Part shown: positions 1 through 8,218 of the stretch, in pieces
Layout of the letters: the number at the start of each line of letters is the position of its first letter
How positions within the stretch are numbered: the first letter of the stretch is position 1
Assembly (NCBI GenBank): GCA_900552495.1
Contig: URZY01000005.1
Span: 55,030 to 119,029, forward strand
DNA: 64,000 bases
Reading direction: 5' to 3'
Origin: an uncultured Mycoplasmatota bacterium
GTDB taxonomy: Bacteria; Bacillota_I; Bacilli_A; RF39; UBA660
Notes under the pieces: generated by a model
The model's input: the letters and a program-made list of their open reading frames with translations, nothing else
Told to the model about the DNA's origin: nothing
Databases searched by the model: none
Program-made: the position numbers and the translations under genes

Positions 1-1
1 G

Positions 2-1174
2 AATTTTTCGACAAATCAAGTCTTACTTGATTCAGGATCTAGTACAACCATCACACAAACTAGGGCAAATGGAAGTTATCCAACTTGGTTTACGACCGGA
101 CCATTTATTGTAAATAGTAATGCTAGCTTATTTATGTATCAAAAGTCAGCTAATACAACTACAAATAATTACAATATATATTTTAAAACAAATCAGGCCT
201 CATTATCGATAACCAACCCTAAATATATTTTACTTTATAATATTAAAGCTGATACTATCTATACTAATTCACAAATCCCTTTCGAGTGGCAATTTTCTAG
301 AATTAATCTTTGGTCACAAGCAAATACTACGTCAAATGCGGGAACACTAGACGATATACCAAATTATTATTGGTATAAACAAAACGCTTTGGCTAGTATT
401 TCTGGTACTATTTCAACAACAGCAACAACAGTCACAACAAATAACTTTTCTAGTGATGAATTGCAGAAATTATTTCCACTATCTTCTTTTCAATTTCAAG
501 GGAAGAAAGTTATCTCTATAGGCAATCCAATCTTTTCTGTAGATACAATTACAAATAAAGATTTGATAATTACTGGACAGACGATGGAAAATGCTAATGT
601 ACAAATTCAATATGAAACTCAGACTGTGAGAGTAGTTTCTGATACAAAGGGGAAATTTAGTTTAACGCTTACTGCGCCTCTAGCAGTTGGAACAGATGTT
701 AAATTTTTAATTAATGAACAACCATACTTTTCGTACCGTAATGTTTCTACTGTTGTGGTTGATAGTGGCGAATTAAGCTTAAAAAGCGCTCCTAGTGAAA
801 TATATTTCGCAACAATTCCATATTCTCAAGATCCCATACTTTGTCAAAGAAAATCTGACTTGGAAATTGTGGTTGAGGATACAAGAGTTAGGAGTACGAA
901 CTGGAAATTATATGCTTATATAGATATTCCTCTAACTTCTAATGGTGGCTATAAACTTACTGATTCATTAGTCTATATTGATGAAAATCAAACTATAATT
1001 CCCTTAAGTAAGACTCCTCTACTTATTTATCAAGGAATAGCAAATGGAGGAGTTGCTCAAGAAACTAAAGTTTCTTTTTCTAGTCATCAAGGAATCTTAT
1101 TAAGAGTAATGAATGAGCCATTGGAAAATGGAGAAGAATATAAAACAAATATTTTTTGGTCTTTGGAAGAATAA
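2..1174 (+). CDS. 5'-truncated large surface/cell-wall protein (C-terminal part only; the reading frame is open to the window edge)
   Basis: Frame 2 has no stop codon from position 2 to 1174. The translation is Thr/Asn/Ser-rich with no catalytic motifs. It is followed by a DUF11-like surface protein gene. Confidence 0.4.
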   Translation, partial: NFSTNQVLLDSGSSTTITQTRANGSYPTWFTTGPFIVNSNASLFMYQKSANTTTNNYNIYFKTNQASLSITNPKYILLYNIKADTIYTNSQIPFEWQFSRINLWSQANTTSNAGTLDDIPNYYWYKQNALASISGTISTTATTVTTNNFSSDELQKLFPLSSFQFQGKKVISIGNPIFSVDTITNKDLIITGQTMENANVQIQYETQTVRVVSDTKGKFSLTLTAPLAVGTDVKFLINEQPYFSYRNVSTVVVDSGELSLKSAPSEIYFATIPYSQDPILCQRKSDLEIVVEDTRVRSTNWKLYAYIDIPLTSNGGYKLTDSLVYIDENQTIIPLSKTPLLIYQGIANGGVAQETKVSFSSHQGILLRVMNEPLENGEEYKTNIFWSLEE

Positions 1175-1195
1175 AATTAATATGGAGGTGAGAAA

Positions 1196-1733
1196 ATGAA
1201 CGATCAATTATCTAATATTGCTCAAGTCAATGGTAGTTATAATGGACTTCCAACATCGTTAACATCAGAAGCTTTAGTTGTTACTTTAGTCTCCGGCTTG
1301 TCAATAACTAAAACGGCTGATAAAGTTTCTTGGGCTAATGGAAATTTGACATATACTATTACAATTACCAATCAAGGAACTGAGTCCTATACTACTCCAA
1401 TATTGACTGACGTTTTAGATACTGCCTTAGTCGATTTTGTAGCGGATAGTGTTTTCATTAACGGAGAGAAAGCAGATACATCAAAATATCAATATGCAAC
1501 TAATACACTTACAGTTACACTAGATGATATTGCACCCTCAAACTCAAGTACTGTTACATTTCAAGTTAAGAAAAAAGCCTAGTACAAATGCGGCATTTGT
1601 TTTAAAATCACGTGCTCAAGTAACAACTAATGGGGAAAACTTTTTTAGTAATTATGTTACTGTCTACGGAAAACAAAAAATATATAAATATAGAGATTAT
1701 GGTTGTGCTACTCCGTATTGGAGAACACAATAA
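1196..1733 (+). pseudogene. DUF11/CARDB-like repeat surface protein, apparently frameshifted at an A6 run (about 1574-1579)
   Basis: ORF 1196..1582 contains LTYTITITNQGTESYTTP, typical of a DUF11 conserved repeat, and ends ...FQVKKKA*. The overlapping +1 ORF 1524..1733 continues ...KKPSTNAAFVLKSRAQVTTNGENFF. The junction sits on the homopolymer aagaaaaaagcc. Confidence 0.4.
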
Positions 1734-1764
1734 AACACCAGCATTTATTAGTTGGTGTTTTTCT
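1733..1764. terminator. Bidirectional intrinsic terminator between convergent genes
   Basis: The stem AACACCA(1734-1740)...TGGTGTT(1753-1759) is followed by TTTTCTT. It lies between the + gene ending at 1733 and the - gene ending at 1769. Confidence 0.5.
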
Positions 1765-1768
1765 TAAT

Positions 1769-3403
1769 TTATACTGTTAAATCCTTATATAATTTTTCGT
1801 ATATGTCAGCGTATTCTTGGGCAATTCTATTGGTTCTTTCTGTAATCTTTTCTATATAATTTTCTTTGGTAATTCCGGTTTCCAAAAATCTTTTAATATA
1901 TGGTTCGGAAACTGAGCTTTTCTGATAATCTTTTAGTTTTTCTTCAATTGTTTTTTCACTATAACTATCTTTTTTGACAGGAATGCAATTTCCTATTTTA
2001 AGAGCTTGATTATTTTCTGTAGAAATAGCAATAAAATGCTCTATAGTCATATCCGTGTTAATATTTTCTTCAACTAACATAATAATTTGTTTTGCGTGGT
2101 ATGTATTATTGTGATCAATATTAATTTCTTTTATAGTATTTATTATATAGTCTCTACTGTGGAAATTAAAATTGCTTTCTAAAAACTCTTTAATTATTTT
2201 CTTATATTCTTTTTTTAAGAAAAGTTTTCTACCTATCTTCTTGAAATCTGTTCCATATTGAGAAGGACTTGATTTGTTAATAGACATTATTTCTTGATGC
2301 ATTAAAACAAATTTAAAAAAATTAATTATTAATTGATAATTGTTTATAAATTTTGTTTTTTCTGACTTATTTCTAACGTGCAATAATGGTATTAATACAA
2401 CATCAAACTGTCTAAATTTTGCTTTTTCTAATAATTTTAAATAATTATTTAAGCCATCAAGAGATATATTACCATCATATATATTTTCTAGAGGCATAAT
2501 TGAGTGGCTATAAACGGCCATGGCGCATTTACATAGGCAATTTTGGTGACTCGAACCATAGGAAAAATTATCAAAATATTCCTCCGCATCTTGAAAATTT
2601 GTAATTTTATTAATAACACCATCAATTTTTCTAACCGTATTATTTTCAAGATAAAGATCATTGAAATTATCAAAATACCTTTGAGCATTTTTCTCACCAA
2701 TATTTTGAATAGTTTCATACCAACCTTCTTTATAATATTCTTTCCCTTTTCTTTCATCAAAGCATAAGTATTTAAATAGTTGACTTTTCAAAATATCAAT
2801 ATTTTCTAAAGTTTTACCTTTAGTATTTAAATTTACAAACATATTATGCGCATCAGCTTCGCTCTTAATAAATCTTATTTCAACAATCATTACGGTCAAT
2901 AAGCTTTTTAACAATTCTTTTGGATCTATAGCATTATTTACTATCGTTTTGGTAATCCTTTCATATATTTTTACTTCTTGATTACCTTTGTATTTTTTAG
3001 GAATATCATCAGCATATATAAATTTCAACAACCTACTTTCATTACTGGGAGCTCGATTTTCTATCTTTATCTTATTCCCCTTAGCTAGTAATTTATCTGC
3101 TATTTCTAGATTAAATTTATTTTTTAAACTACATAATATTAAATATGTACTTATTATTCTTTGTTGACCGTCTATTAATTCAACATTTTTTCTATTAGGA
3201 AGAGCCATAATATTTCCTATATAATAATCGTTATTGTTGCATATATCCTTAATAAATGTATCTATATTAATTTCTTCCCAATCATAGCCTCTTTGATACA
3301 AAGGGATAATAATTCTTTTATTCATCATGAAATATTCTTCTAGAGTATAATCATTGGCTTCAAGCATCTTTTTTGGTTTTATTCTCTCATCTGTCTTCGT
3401 CAT
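1769..3403 (-). CDS. GmrSD-like type IV (modification-dependent) restriction endonuclease candidate, DUF262 + DUF1524-like
   Basis: The N-terminus has the DUF262 hallmarks PLYQRGYDWEE and IDGQQRI (ParB-like nuclease fold). The C-terminus has TIEHFIAIS...NCIPV, resembling the His-Me finger of DUF1524. The gene is 544 aa and sits in an accessory context. Confidence 0.55.
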   Translation of the reverse strand: MTKTDERIKPKKMLEANDYTLEEYFMMNKRIIIPLYQRGYDWEEINIDTFIKDICNNNDYYIGNIMALPNRKNVELIDGQQRIISTYLILCSLKNKFNLEIADKLLAKGNKIKIENRAPSNESRLLKFIYADDIPKKYKGNQEVKIYERITKTIVNNAIDPKELLKSLLTVMIVEIRFIKSEADAHNMFVNLNTKGKTLENIDILKSQLFKYLCFDERKGKEYYKEGWYETIQNIGEKNAQRYFDNFNDLYLENNTVRKIDGVINKITNFQDAEEYFDNFSYGSSHQNCLCKCAMAVYSHSIMPLENIYDGNISLDGLNNYLKLLEKAKFRQFDVVLIPLLHVRNKSEKTKFINNYQLIINFFKFVLMHQEIMSINKSSPSQYGTDFKKIGRKLFLKKEYKKIIKEFLESNFNFHSRDYIINTIKEINIDHNNTYHAKQIIMLVEENINTDMTIEHFIAISTENNQALKIGNCIPVKKDSYSEKTIEEKLKDYQKSSVSEPYIKRFLETGITKENYIEKITERTNRIAQEYADIYEKLYKDLTV

Positions 3404-3507
3404 AGTTCCTCCATTTATAGTTGATTAAACTACTGATCTACTTAGTAAATTAGTTTTTCTTTTTTGCCATTATTATAACAGAGAAAAAACTTTTTTAATA
3501 GTTTATT

Positions 3508-3542
3508 ACAATAAATAAAATATCCACAAATACTGTGGATAT
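3508..3542 (-). terminator. Intrinsic terminator (ATATCCACA-N5-TGTGGATAT hairpin)
   Basis: There is a perfect 9-bp stem at 3520-3528/3534-3542 with an A/T run on both sides. It lies just 3' of the minus-strand Big_2 gene stop at 3545. Confidence 0.5.
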
Positions 3543-3544
3543 TT

Positions 3545-3916
3545 TTATTTTTCATATTCTTTGATTGCTAGTTCACCAACATTTACAACAAAGCTTTGAA
3601 CGTACTTTCGATTTTTAGTCTTAACCGTTACAGTTGCACTACCTTCACCAACTGCTTCTAGTTTTCCATACTCATCTACTCTAACAATGTCTTCATCCGA
3701 TGAGATATAGACAACTTTTTCATCTTTGTGTTCATCATTTAGTTCCAACTGAACTTCATCATTGGTTGAGGCAACATTTAAACTCTTTTCGATGGTTAAC
3801 AATTGGGCTTTTTGTTCTTCTCTTACATTTGCCAAAGAAAATCCGGCAACAATTATACCAATAAGGCAAAAACAATAAAAAACTGGTAAAAAGATTTTAT
3901 CCATAGCAATACGCAT
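3545..3916 (-). CDS. Small membrane-anchored Big_2 (bacterial Ig-like group 2) domain protein
   Basis: There is an N-terminal TM helix (LPVFYCFCLIGIIVAGF). The segment SSDEDIVRVDEYGKLEAVGEGSATVTV matches the Big_2 consensus. Confidence 0.5.
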   Translation of the reverse strand: MRIAMDKIFLPVFYCFCLIGIIVAGFSLANVREEQKAQLLTIEKSLNVASTNDEVQLELNDEHKDEKVVYISSDEDIVRVDEYGKLEAVGEGSATVTVKTKNRKYVQSFVVNVGELAIKEYEK

Positions 3917-4005
3917 ACAATCACTTCCTATTTTTATTATACCAAATATAAAATAATTATTATTTTAAAAACAAAAAATTTACAATAAAAATTGTAAACT
4001 TCTTA

Positions 4006-4941
4006 TTAGAACATATCTTTCTTTTTTAGAAAATAAGCAACTACTAATGATGTTAGTAATGAGATACTTATAACAATTGGAAAAGCATTATCTATATTAG
4101 ATATGGTTCCTAAATTGATATTCATTCCTAAAAAAGAAGAAATCATAGTAGGAATTGATAAGACAATGGTTGCAGCGGCTAAAAACTTCATAGCAATATT
4201 TAGATTATTAGAGACAATTGTTGAATACGTGTCCTTTATTGATAATAAAATATCTTTATAAATATTTGTCATTTCTATAGCTTGCTTATATTCGATTATT
4301 GCATCATCTAATAATTCAACATCATTCTCATACAAAGGTAAAACACTGCCTTTAGATAGCTTGTTTAAAACATTATCGTTAGCTTTTAAAGACCTCATAA
4401 AATATACTAACGTTTCTTCTAATTCTAGCATATCGATCAAGTCTTTGTTTTTGGTAGATTTTTTTAATTCTTCTTCCTTTGTTTCAATGTCTTTATTTAC
4501 TTGTTTTAAAACTCGTAAGTATGAAGCCGCAGTGTGAAGAAGAATTTGGATTAAAAAGCGGGTCTTTTTTGCAGTGCGAAAATCTTTTATTTTATCCTGC
4601 TTAAAGGCATTTAAAATAGTTGTTTTTTTAGGGGAGACAGTAATTACATAATTATTATCTGTAATGATGATACCTAATGGAATAGTGATATATTGATGAT
4701 CTTCATCTAGATATGGTGTATCAAGAACTACTAAAGTAGCATTACCACTGCGTTCTACACGAGGTAATTCCTCTATATCTAGCATAGTTGTAATTAGATC
4801 TTTATCTACTAGTGTTTTAGCAACTACTTTTTCTATTTCGTCATTAGTCGGGGCAGTGAGTTCCATCCAGCAATCAACTGTTATTTTCTTTACTTTTTTA
4901 ATTTTCTTTTCTACTGAACTAGTTTTATAGATTTTTAACAT
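4006..4941 (-). CDS. corA: CorA-family divalent-cation (Mg2+/Co2+) channel
   Basis: The gene is 311 aa with two C-terminal TM helices. The CorA GMN signature is present (FLGMNINLG) and is preceded by a cytosolic coiled-coil domain. Confidence 0.7.
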   Translation of the reverse strand: MLKIYKTSSVEKKIKKVKKITVDCWMELTAPTNDEIEKVVAKTLVDKDLITTMLDIEELPRVERSGNATLVVLDTPYLDEDHQYITIPLGIIITDNNYVITVSPKKTTILNAFKQDKIKDFRTAKKTRFLIQILLHTAASYLRVLKQVNKDIETKEEELKKSTKNKDLIDMLELEETLVYFMRSLKANDNVLNKLSKGSVLPLYENDVELLDDAIIEYKQAIEMTNIYKDILLSIKDTYSTIVSNNLNIAMKFLAAATIVLSIPTMISSFLGMNINLGTISNIDNAFPIVISISLLTSLVVAYFLKKKDMF

Positions 4942-5010
4942 ATTTACTCACTCCTTTTCATAATCTCACATATTATATCATATTTTCTTTAAAATTAAAA
5001 GAAAAAGTAC

Positions 5011-6138
5011 TTAATTAGTACCTTTCCCTAACTTTATTTTAACTGTTTTTTCTTTGCCATCTCTTATAAATGTTACGTCAACTGTGTCACCTGCAGAGTG
5101 TTGGTATAATTCATATCTTAAGTAAGCGTAATCTTTTACTTTTTTACCGGCAAAAGCAGTAATAACGTCACCCTTTTTTAGCCCAGCAGTAGCTGCGCCA
5201 GAGCCATCAACAGAACTGATTACAACAACGCCTTGTTTAATACTGGCATCTAGTTTAATACCACTTCTATATAAAGTTACTGTATCGGTAACATTAACCA
5301 TTTCAATACCTAGGACAGGCCACTCAACTTTAGCACCTTTTTCTAATGTTTCAACATGACTCATTGCGTACTCAATTGGAATAGCAAAGCCCATTCCCTC
5401 AATGTCATCATCGACTAATTTTAAAGAACAAACGCCAATTACTTCTCCATTAACATTTAATAATGGCCCGCCACTGTTTCCAGGATTAATTGAAGCATCT
5501 ATTTGAAGAACGCGCATCACCCAATCATTATTAGTTGAAGAAACTCTGACTGATACCATTCGTTCTTTTCCTGATAAAACACCGGAAGTTACACTTCCTC
5601 GATATTCATAGCCCATTGGTGCTCCTACTGTAAACACAGTATCTCCAAGATTCATTTTCTCACTACTACCAATGTTAGCAACTTGAATGACCTTATTGCG
5701 TGGTATTTTTAAGACAGCTAAATCTAAATAGCTATCTCCGCCTAAAAATTCAGCGTCTATTTCCTCGTCAGTGGTCAAAACAACTTTAACATTATCACCA
5801 CCAGATACAACGTGATTATTTGTTAATAAGTAGCCATAATTATCATCTACTTTATAAACAAATCCTGTTCCTGTTGAAGTTACACTACCATTGGTATAAG
5901 TGTTCACTAGGACTGTTGCATCATATATTTTTTCAACTGATGGTGCTAATGACGCCTTTTCAAACACTTGCGTTTCATTTTTTGTTACAACAGTTCCACT
6001 TGGTGTTGTTCCTAAAACCTCACTAATAATTGGGGTCCATTTAAGTAAGGCGAACATTACTATTCCACCTATTACAAAAGAAAAAGTAATAATAAATATT
6101 TGCTTTAAAACTTCATTTTTTTGTTTATTTTTTGTCAC
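5011..6138 (-). CDS. htrA: HtrA/DegP-family membrane-anchored serine protease with PDZ domain
   Basis: There is an N-terminal TM helix. The trypsin-like catalytic motifs LLTNNHVV, DLAVLKI and GNSGGPLLNVNGEVIGV are present, with a C-terminal PDZ domain. The start appears to be GTG, overlapping the upstream stop as TAGTG. Confidence 0.8.
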   Translation of the reverse strand: MTKNKQKNEVLKQIFIITFSFVIGGIVMFALLKWTPIISEVLGTTPSGTVVTKNETQVFEKASLAPSVEKIYDATVLVNTYTNGSVTSTGTGFVYKVDDNYGYLLTNNHVVSGGDNVKVVLTTDEEIDAEFLGGDSYLDLAVLKIPRNKVIQVANIGSSEKMNLGDTVFTVGAPMGYEYRGSVTSGVLSGKERMVSVRVSSTNNDWVMRVLQIDASINPGNSGGPLLNVNGEVIGVCSLKLVDDDIEGMGFAIPIEYAMSHVETLEKGAKVEWPVLGIEMVNVTDTVTLYRSGIKLDASIKQGVVVISSVDGSGAATAGLKKGDVITAFAGKKVKDYAYLRYELYQHSAGDTVDVTFIRDGKEKTVKIKLGKGTN

Positions 6139-7085
6139 TAGTTATCAGAGCTCCTTTCGATTTTAGCTAACTCACTCCAATTAGCAGGGAAGCCCATACG
6201 CTTAAATACTTTATCAATTGAAATAGTATGGAGATTATAATTTAAAGTTTGAATTATATTTTCTAGTTCAATGCTCATATTTTTGAAATCTTCTGTTTGT
6301 AGGAGTTGTTTCATGATAATTACAAGGGCAAATAAGTCGTGTTTACCATAAATATATTCCCCATCTTCTTTAGGTATACCTAAGATTTGATGATAAATTG
6401 TATCATCAATTTCCTTTTGTGTCTTATTCTCATATAAAATATCCTCATGAGCACAAAGATTGCGATAGTTAGCTAAGATTGGTAAATATGTCATAAAATC
6501 ATCTACTTCAACGCCATACACTTTAGCAATGTCACGTTGATCTTCTTGTTTTAAAACTGAATACATTTCACTAACTATTCCAAATGATAAAACTTTTACC
6601 AAAATCCATAGTGGAATATATCCATAATTTGAAACATAATGTAGTGTAGCGGTGTGTTGTGAACCATTAACTCTAATCTGTCGTTTCATCTTTTTCAATA
6701 AGTCATTTAATTGACGCTGCTTATCGGGATTTTGAGTAAAGTTTTTAGGTTTTAAATAATCACGCTCACGATATCCATATTTTTTAGATAACTGATATGA
6801 TGTAATTGATTTTAGGTTATTTTCAATTACAAGTAAATATTTAAAAAAGACATTTCTAATGGAACGATCGAATAAGAATAGGCTGTATAGTTCTTCAAAG
6901 GTTGTTCCATCAAGATAATTATTCTCTTCACGACGTTTCATAAAGAGATGACGGTAACCATTCAAAAAGAAATAATTTTCACGTAGTAATACCATTTTTG
7001 CGTAGTTATCATCATTTATAACCATACCCCTATGTTTAAGTATATCCAACTGTTCATCTAAATTTTTGAATTGTTTATCTATCAT
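6138..7085 (-). CDS. Abi_2 (AbiD/AbiF/AbiD1-like) abortive-infection family protein
   Basis: The N-terminal region LDEQLDILKHRGMVINDDNYAKMVLLRENYFFLNGYRHLF matches the Abi_2 (PF07751) pattern (L...RGL.I.D...A...L..i.YYRLsgY). The stop overlaps the htrA start. Confidence 0.55.
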   Translation of the reverse strand: MIDKQFKNLDEQLDILKHRGMVINDDNYAKMVLLRENYFFLNGYRHLFMKRREENNYLDGTTFEELYSLFLFDRSIRNVFFKYLLVIENNLKSITSYQLSKKYGYRERDYLKPKNFTQNPDKQRQLNDLLKKMKRQIRVNGSQHTATLHYVSNYGYIPLWILVKVLSFGIVSEMYSVLKQEDQRDIAKVYGVEVDDFMTYLPILANYRNLCAHEDILYENKTQKEIDDTIYHQILGIPKEDGEYIYGKHDLFALVIIMKQLLQTEDFKNMSIELENIIQTLNYNLHTISIDKVFKRMGFPANWSELAKIERSSDN

Positions 7086-7191
7086 ATTCTCACCTATTAT
7101 AGATTATATCATATAATCTTTAGAAAAGTATGAATTTTTAGTGAATTTGTATGATATAATTTAAGTAATATTTTATAAGGAGGCGTGATGT

Positions 7192-8163
7192 ATGCCAGCA
7201 ACAGTAACTCATGCTTATTTTGCAAAAGATGTGTTTGATATTTTACCAAGCAATATTAAGAATACAATTGATTATAGTCGAATTAAAATGTTTGGTCAAA
7301 GTATGGATTCCTTGATGTTTTATAATATTGCATCAGTTGCCCCAGGAAAAAAGATTCGAGAATTTGCGGGAGTGTTCCATAGGAGTAAGACACAAGAATA
7401 CTTTGTTAATTTGATTAACTATATAAAAGACAACGAATTGTATACAGATATGGATGTTTGTTCCTATTTAGCTGGGATGATTTGTCATTATGTATTAGAT
7501 TCTAATGTTCATCCTTTTGTAATATATAAAACAGGAAAATTTGATAAAAATAATAAAAATACTTATAAATATAATAATGTTCATGAGTTTATGGAAATAT
7601 TTATTGATAATGATATGATTAAAAGACGAGAAAATATTAATCCATATACATTTAGATTAGATAAATTTTGTTTTAATTTAAGAGAGTTTTCTCCTTGGTT
7701 AAATGCCGTGATTGATGATAGTTTTAAAAGGACTTTTGGGATTAAAAATATGAGTAAGATATATTATAAGGCTACAAAACAAATGAGAAATATTCTTTAT
7801 TTATTTAGACGAGACGTTAAAGGATATAAGAAGTTTTTTTATAAAATAATTGATACCTTTACAACAAAGAAGATGTTTCGATTTGAATGCATTAGTTATC
7901 ATTACCCTTTAGAGGATAAGCATAATTATTTAAATTCTAATCATAGTTTGTGGAGAAATCCAACATCTTATAATATGACGAGTACAGAATCATTTAAAGA
8001 TTTATATGTAAAATCAATAAAAATGGCAAAAGTTATAATTTGTGCTAGTTTTGATTATATTAATGGAAAAGATATTGATTTATTGAAGATTTTTGATAAT
8101 ACTAGTTATATAACTGGTTTAAATTGCGATTTAAAGAAAGAACTAAAGTATTTTGAATTTTAG
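7192..8163 (+). CDS. Zinc-dependent phospholipase C-family-like hypothetical protein (no signal peptide)
   Basis: The N-terminal MPATVTHAYFA and HYVLDSNVHPF resemble the His/Asp metal ligands of Zn-dependent PLC-domain hypothetical proteins of Clostridia. This is a tentative assignment made from memory. Confidence 0.3.
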   Translation: MPATVTHAYFAKDVFDILPSNIKNTIDYSRIKMFGQSMDSLMFYNIASVAPGKKIREFAGVFHRSKTQEYFVNLINYIKDNELYTDMDVCSYLAGMICHYVLDSNVHPFVIYKTGKFDKNNKNTYKYNNVHEFMEIFIDNDMIKRRENINPYTFRLDKFCFNLREFSPWLNAVIDDSFKRTFGIKNMSKIYYKATKQMRNILYLFRRDVKGYKKFFYKIIDTFTTKKMFRFECISYHYPLEDKHNYLNSNHSLWRNPTSYNMTSTESFKDLYVKSIKMAKVIICASFDYINGKDIDLLKIFDNTSYITGLNCDLKKELKYFEF

Positions 8164-8218
8164 TTCTTTTTTGTATAGTTTCTTTATTTTCTTACATAAT
8201 AATTTTAGGTGATTTAGT

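Noticed and set aside
2488-2767. Two overlapping AT-rich ORFs (90 aa on -, 74 aa on +) inside the GmrSD-like gene
   Set aside because: They lie entirely within a longer, motif-supported CDS in another frame. Their low-complexity Ile/Lys/Phe-rich translations are typical of spurious ORFs in AT-rich DNA.
5820-6166. Plus-strand ORFs of 68 and 88 aa antisense to htrA
   Set aside because: They are antisense to a well-supported htrA CDS and have no RBS or motifs.
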